A stretch of 64,000 nucleotides of DNA. Origin: Narcine bancroftii (taxonomy: Eukaryota). Location of the stretch: positions 80,104,001-80,168,000 of the forward strand of contig NC_091479.1 in NCBI RefSeq assembly GCF_036971445.1. Reading direction: 5' to 3'. The notes under the pieces are model-generated. The model was not told where the DNA came from, made no database searches, and worked only from the letters and a program-made list of their open reading frames with translations. Positions 12,601 to 25,750 of the stretch are shown one piece after another. Position numbers and translations under genes: made by a program. Within the stretch, counting starts at the first letter, position 1; every line of letters begins with the position of its first letter.

Positions 12601-15600
12601 CAGCTTTGTTCACCAGTTGAAACACAATGTTATAACAATTTTGATCCTGATGTCACAGTCTTGATCAACCACAAAGTCAAAACTTAAACTATCCATTGCT
12701 GGGGGCTCCAGCAACGTGTAGAATGAGAAAAAAGCAGAAAGGGAAACTGTCCTATCAATGAATTATTTCTGAAAGGATTCTTTGACTGCAATAAGTTCAA
12801 CAATTAATGTTTGTTTCCGATTAGCTGTCCCATTAAATTAAACAAAAAGATACTCTGAGAAATGCAGCACATAGCTTGTTTATAAAGCACATTCTTGGAT
12901 TTGCAGCAACTTCTGCATATATCGATGTCTGGAAAAAGATTTTGTTGGGTTCAACACAAGAAAATGCACAATTGGTTCAATAAACAATGAACATGCAGTA
13001 AAAAAAAATCTTAGTGATGGGATTTGTAAGGATCTCTCTTGATCCAGATTCCTCAGGGATGAATGAAAATTAACATGTGCAGAAAACCATCAAATGGTGT
13101 CAAGGAGAAGGTGCCCGCCTGGCTTAATATTCAAACCAAAGAATAGAGAAGGGGATGCAGACATTTAATTTTTTTCTCATAAAAAAAACCATGGACAACT
13201 GGGAGATGAATAGAAAGTAATCCATAAAGAGCAGGGGATCAAGCATGAAAATCTTGGTATTTTGTATGTACGCACTGTCACGTTGAAATAGTAATCCTGG
13301 GCACCATAATCAAAGAAAGGAATTATTACATACCTACCTATATTTTATTTTGGTGATGGATGAAGAAGGAGAGAATTAATGTGGTGGGTATATTGAACAG
13401 ATGCATTAGAAGATCCTTGAAAACTGATACCAAATAACGGAATCTGGTTACAGCTGGACAGTGAAATGTATATGACACAACTGAATGTTAGAGAAAAACA
13501 GGTGAAAAAATCTGCAAATTTCAAAAATGGGTGAAAATAGTTGAGTTATAAAAGTGGGGAATTTAAATGTCTGAATAAATACTGGAAGGACAGGAAAACA
13601 TGAGGAGAAAAGGCAAGGAGAGGAATATTGTATCTCAATATTTCTTAATTAATATATTTTAAATGTGAAAGGAAGCAGTGCTCGATCTACATGTGAAAAA
13701 TAAAATGGAGAGGTTTCAGTCACATTGGTGGGGGTTGGGGGAAGCCATTACAATGCTATTGTGGTTAATCTTCCCATTTAATGTCTTGGCCATTCAAAGT
13801 TTAATAACTTTTCCAATTTCAGAGCAGTAATGGCAGTTTATCCCATATCTATCAAAACCCAGGATGGCTGGATAAAAGAGAAATGGGAGGTCTTTCAGAT
13901 GGATAAAGAACAGGAAATAGACAGGGCACATTCCAGTCAATTTTAAAGCTGTCCAAAGCAATAACTAAAGAAATTAATAGGAGGCTTTTCATGATTATTA
14001 AGTTTCATAATTACAATACAGAATGAAACAGAAAACAAATGCAGCGAAATGTAAAAAAAATTAATGAGAGCAATGTTTTTAATAATTAAAAAGTAAAAGA
14101 GCCATTAAAAGAGTGGTAACAAAAAAGGAAAACCCTCCTTGAGATAATAAATCAATATTTTGCATCTTTTTTTCACTAAACATATTGCTGTCAGTGTTAA
14201 TTGTGAATTGACAGAGAAAGTGGAGTTGAAACAAAAATATTCAAAGTAAAATTTCTTAAAAGGCGAGCAGAGCTCAAATTAGAAAAATCAGCTATCCAAT
14301 GGGATAAATCCAGATTTGCTGAGGGAAATAGAGGAAGAAATCTTTCTTGGATATGGGAACATGTTTAAAGGAGGGAGGATTAAATCTGCTAAGTACATCA
14401 GCTAACTTGGAGAAAATAATCTAATTTATTTGGAAAAACAGATTAATCAGAGACAGCCAGCACCGATCAATGAAAAGCAAGCTATGTCTAACAAAACGTG
14501 ATTTGAGTTATTCAATGAATTAGCAAAGTAGTTGATGAGAATGATCTTGAATTGTGTCTCAACTTCGTGTAGTTGAATGTCAGCAACTGAACTGATTTAC
14601 ATAATAATCTAGAAAACAAACTTCACTGCTAAATTATGATACAAGTCTCAAGGACAATGTAGGTCAACAAATACTTAAGTACTCAGCCAACATAATAAAC
14701 TGTTTCCATTGGCAAGGAAGAGTGAAGGGCAGTGATCTCAACAGGAGGCTACAAGTCAAACCTTTACCTCAAATCCCCCGAATAACAATGCTCCCCGTCT
14801 TTCGGGTTGACTTGAGTTATTCTTCAATCAGACTTCATTTTATTAATCTAAATCACTGAATGTTTCATAGCAAAGCATTTTGCTTCCATTTATACTCTCG
14901 ATCACATCTTCTGTTTACAACAAGCAAATTCAAGCCAGTAGTTTATAGGTTTATACAAGATCTTTTATAAGCCAGACATGTGGTCGTGCTCAAGGAAAGC
15001 TGGGTTTCTGATCAGGGTGGGTGTGTATTGTGAGTAGATAATGAAAATTCAAAAAATAACATCTGACACACATATTACATTTTGCTTTTCTTCCGGAAAA
15101 CAATGGTGAGTTCAGTGATCTAAAATGATTGAGAATTTGAAATCTGCCCTGACCATCAATCTAAACCCAGAACATTAACATCAGATATTGACTGACATCC
15201 AGGTACTTTTATTAATCGTGTAAAAAGAAAAGGGAATGGAAATGAATGCAATCAACTACCAGGCCCAAAATAACCACTAATATTAATCTCTGAGATGCAA
15301 ATAACTTGCACAAACACTGATCAACTTTGATTTGCCAGCATTATCTTTAGTCCTACAAATCAGACATCAACTTTCAACTCAACTTCACTGGAACCAGGAA
15401 TGTCATTGCCCATTCCACCTGAACACTTTACATTCCTCCATATATATTTTAATGATGTATTTACAAGCATAATTTACAAAAAAGTTTGTCATCCCCTGAG
15501 AAGGCATCAAATATCGAATAATTCTCTCAATAGCATCAGAAAATTTGATGGAGAGCCTCAGAATGAAATGATAACATCACAAGGCCTTTTGAAAGTGGCC

Positions 15601-15957
15601 CATGGTCCTTGTATCTATAACGAGAAAGCAGCATAAAACATATCACTATTGGGTATTAGAACTATTACTTGTGTGAACTGCTTTACACATGTGCAAAAAA
15701 AAGTACACAGGTCAGAATGAACAGTGATTGATCCAGTCAAATATGCATTGCCCAGACAGGAGAAGAATCATGCACTTACAGGTCTGGGCACTGGGAAGCA
15801 ATGGTTTATAAATGAATTGACATTTAGTTCCAACATCCGGTATCGGCAGCTTCTTCAAAATGTTGTTGATAGTTGAATCAGTGTGAAGTGAAAGCAGTCA
15901 CAACACAAGGAAGCAATTATTCAAGCAGCTAGGCCATCGGCCCAGCCACAAACTTAT

Positions 15958-16821
15958 TTATCTCAATTCTGGGATTAATGTTGACCAACTCATATTTCCA
16001 AGATCATAGTTTTCATCCTCTAGGCCTGTGAGGCTGATATCTAACAATACTTTACTGAGACTCTCATTGAGGGTGTCCAAGATCAAACCTTCAGTCAGGG
16101 ATCGGTTTACTGTGGTGTTACAGTTTGCATTTAGTTGAAGATTCCGGGAACATTTGTCCTCCAGAAGAGGAGAGAAGCTTGAATCATGCACAAGGTCCTT
16201 AACTGGGGAATTCAATAGTTCACGTGGTGATTCAAAGAGGGCAAATTCCTTAAAAGGCGTGCTACTAAGACTTTGGTAGCCTGTGTTGTTCTGCAGTGGT
16301 GTCAGGAAAGAACCATGTGGTGTCCTCACAGGACTGAACTCAATTAAGCTGTCATCTTTTTTCAAAGGGGTTAGTGCAATCTTCCAACTATTGGTGACAG
16401 TGACTGGAGAGCTCCCACTGGTGCTTCGACTGGGTGTGGAAGAAGCAGGGATATCACAGGGCTTCTCCTTGATCGGGGTTTTAAAGTTGTAATCCATGGC
16501 AGTGTTGGCAAAATCTGGGCACTGCTCTAGGGTTCTAGATTCCTGGAATGCCGACATATCAGACACAAGTCCTGAATCCAATCCAGTCTCTGATGTAGGC
16601 TCACTGGCTTCTGGGAACACGAGAACTGGCTCCTCAACGAGCTGAAGGATGTGCCTCTGTTTCCGCCTGGAGCTGCTCTCCCTGGACACCTCACAGAACT
16701 TTGTTGTTGAAGAATTTTCATGCACATCATTCAGATGAGGAGTTGCCTGAATCACGAGTGGATTCTCAGAGTGGTTTGCTGAAGTCACAGGTTGATTACA
16801 ACTCACCATATCATTTGGTAT
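15958..16821 (-). CDS. FOXM1: FOXM1 last coding exon (C-terminal transactivation domain)
   Basis: Acceptor ttttttatttag|ATA at 16821 is in frame with ORF 15958..16809. Contains RRKQ, FKTPIKE, SSTP Cdk/Polo-box motifs and NRSLTEGLILDTLNESLSKVLLDIS...NMSWSTLIPELR*. Confidence 0.97.
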   Translation of the reverse strand: MPNDMVSCNQPVTSANHSENPLVIQATPHLNDVHENSSTTKFCEVSRESSSRRKQRHILQLVEEPVLVFPEASEPTSETGLDSGLVSDMSAFQESRTLEQCPDFANTAMDYNFKTPIKEKPCDIPASSTPSRSTSGSSPVTVTNSWKIALTPLKKDDSLIEFSPVRTPHGSFLTPLQNNTGYQSLSSTPFKEFALFESPRELLNSPVKDLVHDSSFSPLLEDKCSRNLQLNANCNTTVNRSLTEGLILDTLNESLSKVLLDISLTGLEDENYDLGNMSWSTLIPELR

Positions 16822-17309
16822 CTAAATAAAAAATAAAATACAAATCATATCCATTATTTTAAAAGCACTCATGCGGAAGTATAGTACTGGAACCTCTTCA
16901 ATGCAGAAATATACATCAAGGCACTTCACAGATGTGCAATCAGTCAATAGTGGATGGAAATTTAAATAAGTGTGACCATCAACTTGATTGTGGAAAAAGG
17001 GAAACAAAGTAATTGGACAGAATTTCATTTGGCTGGGAGGTTGATGCCCAGAAGCTCAGGTACCAGTGGTGGGGGAAAGAGAAGAACTGAGGATCAGATG
17101 GCAGAATGGCAAATGAATAGAACATGCAAGGCTATGAATTTAAGCATGAAATGAGGAATTTTATTTCTTGTGTCATGGACTTGGCTCATTTCAGAATGTT
17201 ATTGAACTTGGAACAGTATACATGACAGAATAGTCACCATAGGTAGAATTTTGTTTGAAAGTTATTTGGAAAGTGAGGGGTGGGGGGAAGGAATATAACC
17301 CAAAAAGCA

Positions 17310-19375
17310 ATGGAAAATCTAAACATGAATGTGCAATAGGTGAAGAAGGTATACTGACAGTCAATATTACAGAGGTACGTAGAAAACAGAGCTGGCGGAT
17401 TGGAAATGCAGGCCAAGATCAGGTTGTTTAATGTCCGGTTAATATGAAGTATGTGGAAGTACTTCAGTCCTTTTCATGTTTAACAAGAGGCCAGAAAAGC
17501 ACATGCGTGGCTACAAGTTGGATGAACGGTTTGTCAGCAGAGGTGACGGAGTGTCAGTTCAGTCACTCGGATCACATATTAATCCTGCTAACCCCAGCAG
17601 AGAATGGTGGCAAAATAAAAACAAGCCACTTCACGGGTTGATCAGGCCACAGCTTTACACGACTGAGACCACGGACTGGGGCAGTTTCAGGAAAGCAGTC
17701 ACCTACAACGATGTAAACATTGAGAAGTACATCAACTCAATGACTAGCTACATTAAAAAGATTATCAAAGATGTCACAAAGATCAAACGCTACACAACCA
17801 GGGCAAACCATAAACCATGTTTGGATGCAGAGGTCCAGGCACTTCTCAGAGCTCAAGATGTTGCCTTCAGGGCAGGTGACAAGATGGCACTAAGATCAGC
17901 CAGGGCTGAAGTCTCCCATGAAATCTGGAAGGCAAAGCGTGGGTATGCAGATGATCCAGTCAGCTGTGTGTCATTGGATACAGGAGGTGCTTGTGGCAAG
18001 GGATCAAGACTATAACAGACCGCAAGACAAATATGCAAATCAGAGGCAATAGCGCCTCCCATCTGGGACAGACTGAACATCATCTACGCACGGGTTCGAT
18101 GAGAAGAACAGGCTGATGCCAAAGAAAGCTCCATCTCTCCTGACAAACAGCCCCCTGCATAGCCACAGCCAAAGTGAGAAAAACCTATCAAGGTGAACCC
18201 ACACAAGGCAGCAGGACCAGACAACCTAGCCAGTCAGGTACTGGAGGACTGTGCAGACAAATTGACAGAGGTCATTACGGACATCTTCAACATGTCACTG
18301 CAGCAGACCATTGTCCCCACAGGAACTGTTCCACTGACAATGCTATAGCCTTGTCCCTCTACTCCGTCCTGACCTACCTGGAGAGCGATGCATCATATGC
18401 AAGGCTGCTGTTCATTGACTTTAGCTCAGCATTTAATATGATCATACTCTAAACCCTGGTGGAGAAGCTGTCCTCGCTGAGACTCAGCACCCTCTCTGTA
18501 ACCGGATTCTGAATGGAAAGACTAATCTGTCCAGGTTGGCAGCAGAATGTCGAGCATCATCACACATGAGGGCCTTGTGCTCAGTCCACTTTTGTTCACG
18601 CAACTGACCCATGACTGCAATGGCAGATCCAGCTCCAACATTGTTATCAAGTTTGCAGATGACATGACAGTATTCGGCCTCATTGACAACAACAGAGAAG
18701 AGGTGGAAAATCCCGTTAAACGTGCGCCAGTAACAATCCGAGTCTCAATGTGGACAAGACAAAGGAGATGAATGTGGACTTCAGAAGGACGAGGGACGAC
18801 CACCCTCCACTGCACATTAATGGATCGGTAGTGGGTCCAAAGTGGGGAGGCTTAGAGCCTTCAGGTCTTGGGAGTGCATATTTCAAGTCCTCTCCTGGAA
18901 CCAGAACATTGAAGTAACCATGAAAAAAGCACACCAATGGCTCTACTTTACGGGGTGCTGTGGAAAGTATCACAGCCTGGTTTGGGATTTCAACTTTCCA
19001 GGAATGCAGAAGGCTCCTGGGAGTAACAAACACACCTAGATCCATCACATTCTCTGACCTCCCATCACCCAGTCACAACCTCTTCTCACTGCTATCTTTG
19101 AGAGGAAGGTGCAGATGCCTGAAAACCAGCAGCTCTAGGTTCAAGAACGGTCTCTTTCCTACAGCTACCATGCTCTGTCACCACAAAAAAGATTGCACAA
19201 TTGCAAAGTCATTTTTCTTGCACTTTTATAACTGTGAGTATGATCTAATTTTTTGCATTTAGTGCTTGCTTTTCATTCAGTTAAGCCTTTTTGTAACTGT
19301 TCAGCAGCATCAAGCAAGAATTTTGTTACATGTGTATATTGTACAATGTACAGGACAATAAACTCATCTTCATTA
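17310..19375 (+). mobile_element. Rex1/Babar non-LTR retrotransposon, decayed, in the FOXM1 last intron
   Basis: Broken frames with TTDWGSFR, YARLLFIDFSSAFN, LSPLLFTQLTHDC and KFADD; AATAAA tail near 19358. Confidence 0.85.
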
Positions 19376-19742
19376 TCAGGATGATACCGCATAATCCATC
19401 CTCCAATATGAGAGAATAAGGACACAAACATCAAGCAATACATCAGTCAGCTTGAGCCTGGTCTAGAAGCATGTTGTTCATGCCTTGTATTTGTACAAAG
19501 GGAAATCAGAATGTTGGTTTTTGAAAAATTGTTTGTTCTCCACTGTCAATATTCATAGTATTAGCACTAGATTTGTGCTTCTACAATATTTCAAGCAGGA
19601 TCAATGGCAGAGTTTGATTAGACGACCGCAAAGAAGCAGACCACAATACAAAAACAATCCAAAACTAGTTTGAAATGCTCAAAAGAATGCTCACAAGTAT
19701 TTCAAACAATGAACCACATAAAACGATCAAAGAAAAACTTGC

Positions 19743-19936
19743 CTTTGGTGCAATCCGAACACGTCTACGTTTTCTGATCAACCCGCTGCTTGCAGCAGAC
19801 ATTTGCCGCTGGACTGCAGGCAGGGTTAGGTGATGCGATGGCTGTACAATGAGGGGAGAGGTGACTGGCAACTGAATGGGCACCAGGTAGGAGTCAGTCC
19901 GAGGTAACAGGGGCTTCATTTTTCGCAGGTTCACTT
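19743..19936 (-). CDS. FOXM1: FOXM1 coding exon 7 (RKMKPLLPRTDSYLVPIQ...RVRIAPK)
   Basis: Acceptor ttatctttgcacag; 194 nt, phase 1 to 0; ends at the conserved RIAPK with non-canonical donor AAG|GCAAGT. Confidence 0.93.
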
Positions 19937-20719
19937 CTGTGCAAAGATAACAATTTAAGGGCCAGTATGACTTGGCAGTATTAACTACCTTATTTCTTCT
20001 CCTAATTTGACTACACCATGAAAATATTGCTGTGAACGAAATCAAGCTATTCATTGTGAGGAACCAAATATATGTCGTGTAAAGGCATTGTAAAACTTAA
20101 TGGGATCCACCTGTTTTTATTGGGACCTTCCTTTTCTCAGCCACTCACACACAATTGTAAGTATTTATTTAATTATCATGGACAATGTATATAAAAAAGC
20201 CGACAGACCACATTTTTTGGAAGGTGGGGTGGGCGATGTGGCAAGTTGGAACGCCATCCCACATCACCCCCGGAATCTTGTTTAGTTGGGTAATTTTTTT
20301 AATTGTCAATTTTAGAATCTTGTTTTTTTTTTCTATTACTGATTTATTATATCAATAACATTGGTCTTTGCCAATCCAAGTAAATATTTTAAGGATCATC
20401 TAGAACAAATGCATGGACCACCAATGGGCTACAGGTTGAGAAATACCCCCCTGCTCCAAGGTAGAATGCAGTTTGTGAGACATAAATGCTCATCCCAGCA
20501 ATCTAAACCTTTGCTCTTTATAGTAATAACATGGTTGATTCATCTTGATCAACAGAGGAGCCTTCGACAGTTACGAGCAGCTACAATACTAACAGCCACT
20601 GTGTTCGTGGCCCCATAGAAATATGGTTTTGGATTAACACACAGAAATATTCAATAATGTATTTTCCATTCAAGCACCACAAGTTTCACCTTTCACGGAA
20701 CTGTCTCCTTTTTACTCAC

Positions 20720-20777
20720 CTGTGCTGACAGCGATGTTGCTCTTTGGCACCTCAGTGCTGTTGGATCGTTTTTGTTG
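20720..20777 (-). CDS. FOXM1: FOXM1 coding exon 6 (QQKRSNSTEVPKSNIAVST)
   Basis: Acceptor ttcattttag|CAACAAAAACGA; donor ACAG|GTGAGT; 58 nt, phase 0 to 1; begins QQKR like the human exon. Confidence 0.88.
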
Positions 20778-21197
20778 CTAAAATGAACCAAATTTGTAAA
20801 AAATAAATTGTGCACAATATCATGCTTGCAATACCATTTACCCCAAACCCTACCTCAACATGATAAATTAAATGAAGGTTGACCACATCAATCAAAGCAA
20901 TTCTGATTATTTTCCACATTGAAAACCTGCATATGTAACTCTAGATTGTGAAGCACATTACTTATGTTAAACTGACCACATTCTGAACATCGGGTGTTTA
21001 CAAGCATATTAATTTAAGCACACCCTAAACTCTAAATTCTGTCATGAAAATATAAAACCTGAAATTTATGGACTACTCAAATGCAGATACAGTATCACCA
21101 ATCAGCTTCCCTTCCATGGCCCAACCAAACCAATCAGTTAAAATAAAAATCAACACATTGAGGTGATAGAATGCCACCAAGAGCACTTGGGTCTTAC

Positions 21198-21266
21198 TTG
21201 TTGACAGACCAACACAGGAGCTGCTTGCATCCAATGATTCTTGTCATTTGGGTTGAAATCCAGTGA
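21198..21266 (-). CDS. FOXM1: FOXM1 cassette exon equivalent in position to human exon Va/A1 (SLDFNPNDKNHWMQAAPVLVCQQ)
   Basis: Acceptor atttcatacag, donor CAA|GTAAGA; 69 nt, symmetric phase 0-0, open; starts SLD versus human PLD. Confidence 0.7.
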
Positions 21267-22170
21267 CTGTATGAAATATCGATCAGAATGAGAAGCATTG
21301 ATCATTAAAATACATCAAAATACTGCTGACATCTGACATGCAATACAGCATGTGCCAGCAACTGGATATTTCTACTTACTTTGACTACTGCACAAAGTCA
21401 CTCCACCATTCCCTTCCTTAAAGAGCGCAAATAAAATCACCATGGCTGTACAAGTTTGGCTATGATGACTCTTTACACTCCAGTAACTGGCACCTCCAAG
21501 GGAGTGCCTGGATTCAAGTGGATTAGTATCTGGTTTACCAACAAATGTGCCAAATGAGCACTTGTCAGATCGAGCACATGTTGAATTACAGACCGTTCAC
21601 TGTATACAGGAATTTCCAAATCCTCAGGACATCACTATTGCCTCTCAGCCAAGTTTCCCTTCTAACGTTATCTTGCTGTTTAATAGTCAACCAACTTCCA
21701 TCAGAACATTCCCACAGAAATGTACTTGCGATACCAAATGTGATGTATTTAAATCTGAGAAAATAACCACTGAAGGAAGAAAATTATGCAGCCATTTTGT
21801 TTGTTAAATGCACTAAATCATCAATATAAACCATAGTTGGAAATAGCTACTTAGACCATTAGAGAATTTCTTTCCAATATGGATTTGTCATAGTTTAGAT
21901 TTTCAAATTCAACACAGGTGTGACTTAAAAAGAAGAAAACAGCTATATCCCTTCTTATTCTTCAGTGATTGAGCAAAATCTCCTGATATCACTTATCATT
22001 GTAAAAGCCTGATCCGTTATTCCCATGACCCAAACAGTAAATGGAAGCTGCCTGTCTAAATTAACCTTTACAACCGTCAATCGAATATATATTCAGCTTG
22101 GGACTTAAAAAAAAAAAAAATATATATATATATATATATAAAGTGCACAAAAGAAACATTGAAAGCACAC

Positions 22171-22299
22171 CTTAACAACCTGATCCAATGTCAGGAAGCG
22201 GTTGGCTTCTGCACGAATGGTCCAGTGTGATATCTTGCCATTGTGAGATGTCTGACGTATGAACATATCATGCAAAGACAGGTTGTGGCGAATAGAATT
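22171..22299 (-). CDS. FOXM1: FOXM1 forkhead domain, second exon (NSIRHNLSLHDMFIRQ...LTLDQVVK)
   Basis: Acceptor ctcctctcag, donor AAG|GTGTGC; 129 nt; contains the forkhead recognition helix. Confidence 0.97.
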
Positions 22300-22427
22300 C
22301 TGAGAGGAGAGAAAGCTGGTCATCAAGACAGAGTATCGTAAAAAAAAAAGCATCATTCTCAAGCAATAACTTGTCAGGACTGTATTTGTTGCAACTGTAT
22401 TTAGTATTTTAGCAATGCTTTCAAGGT

Positions 22428-22485
22428 ACAGTAAAACCCCTGTTATCTGGAATTCAAGCAACCGGCAACCTCAAGCAATCAGCAA
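22428..22485. mobile_element. Tc1/mariner (Tigger/pogo-like) terminal repeat remnant
   Basis: TA-CAGTAAAACCCCTGTTATCTGGAATTCAAGCAACCGGC; a related copy lies in reverse orientation at about 10422-10462. Confidence 0.5.
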
Positions 22486-22784
22486 AAAAAAAGAAAAAGA
22501 AATAAGAATAAAAAATTAGTTTAAAATTGTAAAATAAATGTTCTCTGAAGTACACAGAAACCTTTGGTGAAGATTGGAGCAAACATTCAGCCAGCAGTGT
22601 CTCAGTTGTGCTTTGCTCATAGTAGCTGTTTGAATAAGGTTGAGTTTGAATAAAATGGCACTGCACATGATGAAAAGTGGTTCATGTGACTCTCTTAAAG
22701 TATCTCCTTATCCTTGAAACACCATTTAATATGCTTATAATTTTGATTATAAATGGAAAATACTTGGTTGCTAAGCAGGTTTCC

Positions 22785-25750
22785 ATAAACTATAGGACAC
22801 AAGAGCAGAAATAGACCATTCAGCCCATCAAGCCTGCTCTGCCATTTAATCTATTTTCCCACTCAACCCCACTGCCCAGGCTTTTCCCCATAACCTTTCA
22901 TGGCATGGCTAATCAAGAATCTGTCAATCTCTGCCTTAAATATACCCAATGACTTGGGCTCTACAACCACCTGTGGCAACAAATTCCACAGATTTACCGC
23001 CCTCTGGCTGAAGAAATTCCGCCGCAACTCGGTTCCAAGCAGATACCCTTCAATTCTGAAGTTGTCTTAGACTTTCCCACCATGGGACACAGCCTTCCGA
23101 CATCTACTCTGACCACACCTTTCAACATTTGAAATATTTCAATGAGACCTCCCCTTCCTAAATCCAACATGTACAGGCCAAGAACCGTCAAACACTCCTC
23201 ATATGATAACCCTTTCATTCCTGGAATTATCCTTGTTAATCTCCTCTGAACCCTCTCCAACGTCACCACATCCTTTCTTTAATGAGGAGCCCAAAACAGC
23301 TCAACAGTAACTTTATAAAACCTCCATGTCACATCCCTGCTCTTATATTCTATTCCTCTTGAAATGAATGCCAACATCGCATTTACCTTCACCTCTGACT
23401 CAACTTGCAACATTACCTTCAGGACTCCCAGATCCCTTTTGCATCAGGGTATTTTCAATTTTCTCCCCATTTAAAAAATAGTTCGCCCATTTAATTTTTC
23501 TACCAAAATACATGACTGTCCACTTTCTGACATTGCATTTCATTTGCCACTTCTCTGCCCATTCTCCTAATCTGTACAAGTCCTTCAATATCCTCTCCAG
23601 ATCCTCTACACTTACGTGCACCTCCACCTCCCTTCATAACATCTGCAAACTTGGCCACAAAGTGATTCATTCCATAATCCCAATCATTAATATACAACAC
23701 AAAAAGAAGCGGCCCCAATATCGATCCCTGTGGAACACCACTAACAATTGGCAGCCAATCAGAATAGGATCCCTGTATTCCGTCTCTCTACTTCCTGCCA
23801 ATTAGCCAATGCTCTACCCACGCTACTGTTTCCTGTTATAACATGGGCTTTTATCAAGTTAAATAGCCTCGTGTAGCACCTTGTCAAAGGCCTTCTGAAA
23901 ATCCAAATACATAACATCCACTGCATCTCATTTATCTAGTCTGCTTGTCACTTCTTCAAGAATTCCAATAGGTTTGTCAAACAAGATTTTCCCTTAAAGA
24001 AACTGCTGGGTTTGGCCCATTTTGTCATGTGCCTCAAAGTATTCTGCAACCTCATCCTTGACAATTGACCTCAGTACCTTCCCAACCCCTGATGTCAGGC
24101 TAACCAGTCTATATTTTCCTTTCTGTTGCCTCCCTCTCTTCTTGAGTATTGAGATGACATTTGTGATTTTTCAGTTATTCAGGGACCTTGCCAGAATTTA
24201 TTGATCCCTGAAAGGTCATTAGCAATGCTTCCACAATCTCAACTGGCACTTCTTTCAGAGCCCGAGGTGCAATCCATCTGGTCTGGAAAAATGATCCACC
24301 CTTAGACCATTCGGCTTTCCGAGCACCACCATCAGACTCCCGAACAACAAACTCAATCAGGGTCTCATTTAAGAACTCTCACTTGTGCATTTTATTGATT
24401 TCCCTTTTTTCTCTCTGTATTGCACATTGTTTACATTGGTTATCTGTTTACAGTTCTTTATTTGTTTACATTTACGCTGTGTAGTTTTTTTTTCCACTAC
24501 CAATTAGTGGCAATTCTGCCGCACCCACAGGAAAAAAGAATCTTAGGGTTGTATGTGATGTCGTGTATTTTCTCTGACAATAAACCTGAAATCTAACAGT
24601 GAAGACTGATGCAAAATGCTAATTTAGTTCCTCTGCCATCTCCTTGTCTCCCGTTATTATTTCTCCAGCATCATTTTCTACTGGTCCGACATCTACTCTC
24701 ACCTCTCTTTTACATATTTGAGTAAGTTTTTTTTGGTATCCTCTTTGATATTATTTGCTAGCCTACTTTCATCCTTCATCTTTTCCCTTCTTATTTTAGT
24801 TACCTTCTGAAATTTTTAAAAACTTCCCAATCCTCGATCTTTCCACTAATTTTTGCTTCCTTGTCTGTCCTCTTTTGTTTTTACATTGGCTTTGCCTTCT
24901 CTCATCAGCCACAGTTGTGACATTTTTCTATTGGAATATTTCCTCTTTTTAGCTATGTATTTTTTCTTGCCCCTTCCTCATTTCTTGCAGAAACTCCATC
25001 TGTTCCTGCTCTCACGTCCTCCTGACTAGTGCCCCCTTCCAATCTACTCTCATGCCACTGTATTTCCCTTTACCCCACTGAAATACTCTCACATTTGACT
25101 TTAGTTTCTCCTTGTTAAATCTCAAATGGAACTCAATCATATTGTGATCATTGCCCCCTAAAGGTTCCTTTATTCTCAAATCGCCTCTGCCGCATTACAC
25201 AGCACGTAATCCAGTACATCTGATTCCCTCGTGGGCTCAACAAGCTACTCTAAAAACCCATCTCATAGGCTTTCTACAAATTCTCTCTCAAGATCCAGTC
25301 CTAATCTTGTTTTCCCAATCTATTGTCATGTTAAAATCCCCCATGACGATCATAACGTTGCCCTTCTGACACGTCTTTTCTATTTGCTGTGCTAATTTGT
25401 TGTCCACATCCCAACTACTGTATGGAGGTATGTACATAACTGCCAAGATTGTCTTTTTACCATTACCATTTCTCAAATCAACCCAAAATGATTCTATATC
25501 TTCTGATCCTTTTAATGTTATTCCTTACCAACATAGCCACGCCACTTCCTCTGCTTACCTGCCTATTCTTTTGAAACACTGTGTATCCTTGTACATTAAG
25601 CTCCCAATGATATCCATCTTTTCGCTATGACTCCGTGATGGCCACAACATCATACCTGCTAATATGTAGCTGCACTACAAGGCCATCCACCTTCTTTATT
25701 ATGTGGTGTGCATTTAAATACAAAACCTTTAGCCCTTTATTTGTTACTTT
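22785..25750 (-). mobile_element. CR1 LINE, long decayed copy (endonuclease to 3' tail) interrupted by a Rex1 3' end
   Basis: EN remnant LKVLYLNA...[28 protein letters not shown]...KFAD and LERVQRRLTRIIPGMKGLSYEE, with many frameshifts. Confidence 0.9.
24328..24595 (+). mobile_element. Rex1/Babar 3' end nested in CR1
   Basis: CCATCAGACTCC..AACAACAAACTCAATCAGGG..TCATTTAAG is the same family as the minus-strand copy at about 53600-54055; ends ACAATAAACCTGAAATCT. Confidence 0.75.

Noticed and set aside
12090-15215. FOXM1 polyadenylation site
   Set aside because: Several minus-strand AATAAA candidates (15208-15213, 14839-14844, about 12106) cannot be ranked without transcript data.
16822-19742. 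Equivalent of human FOXM1 exon VIIa (A2)
   Set aside because: No matching exon recognised; the intron is mostly a decayed Rex1 element.
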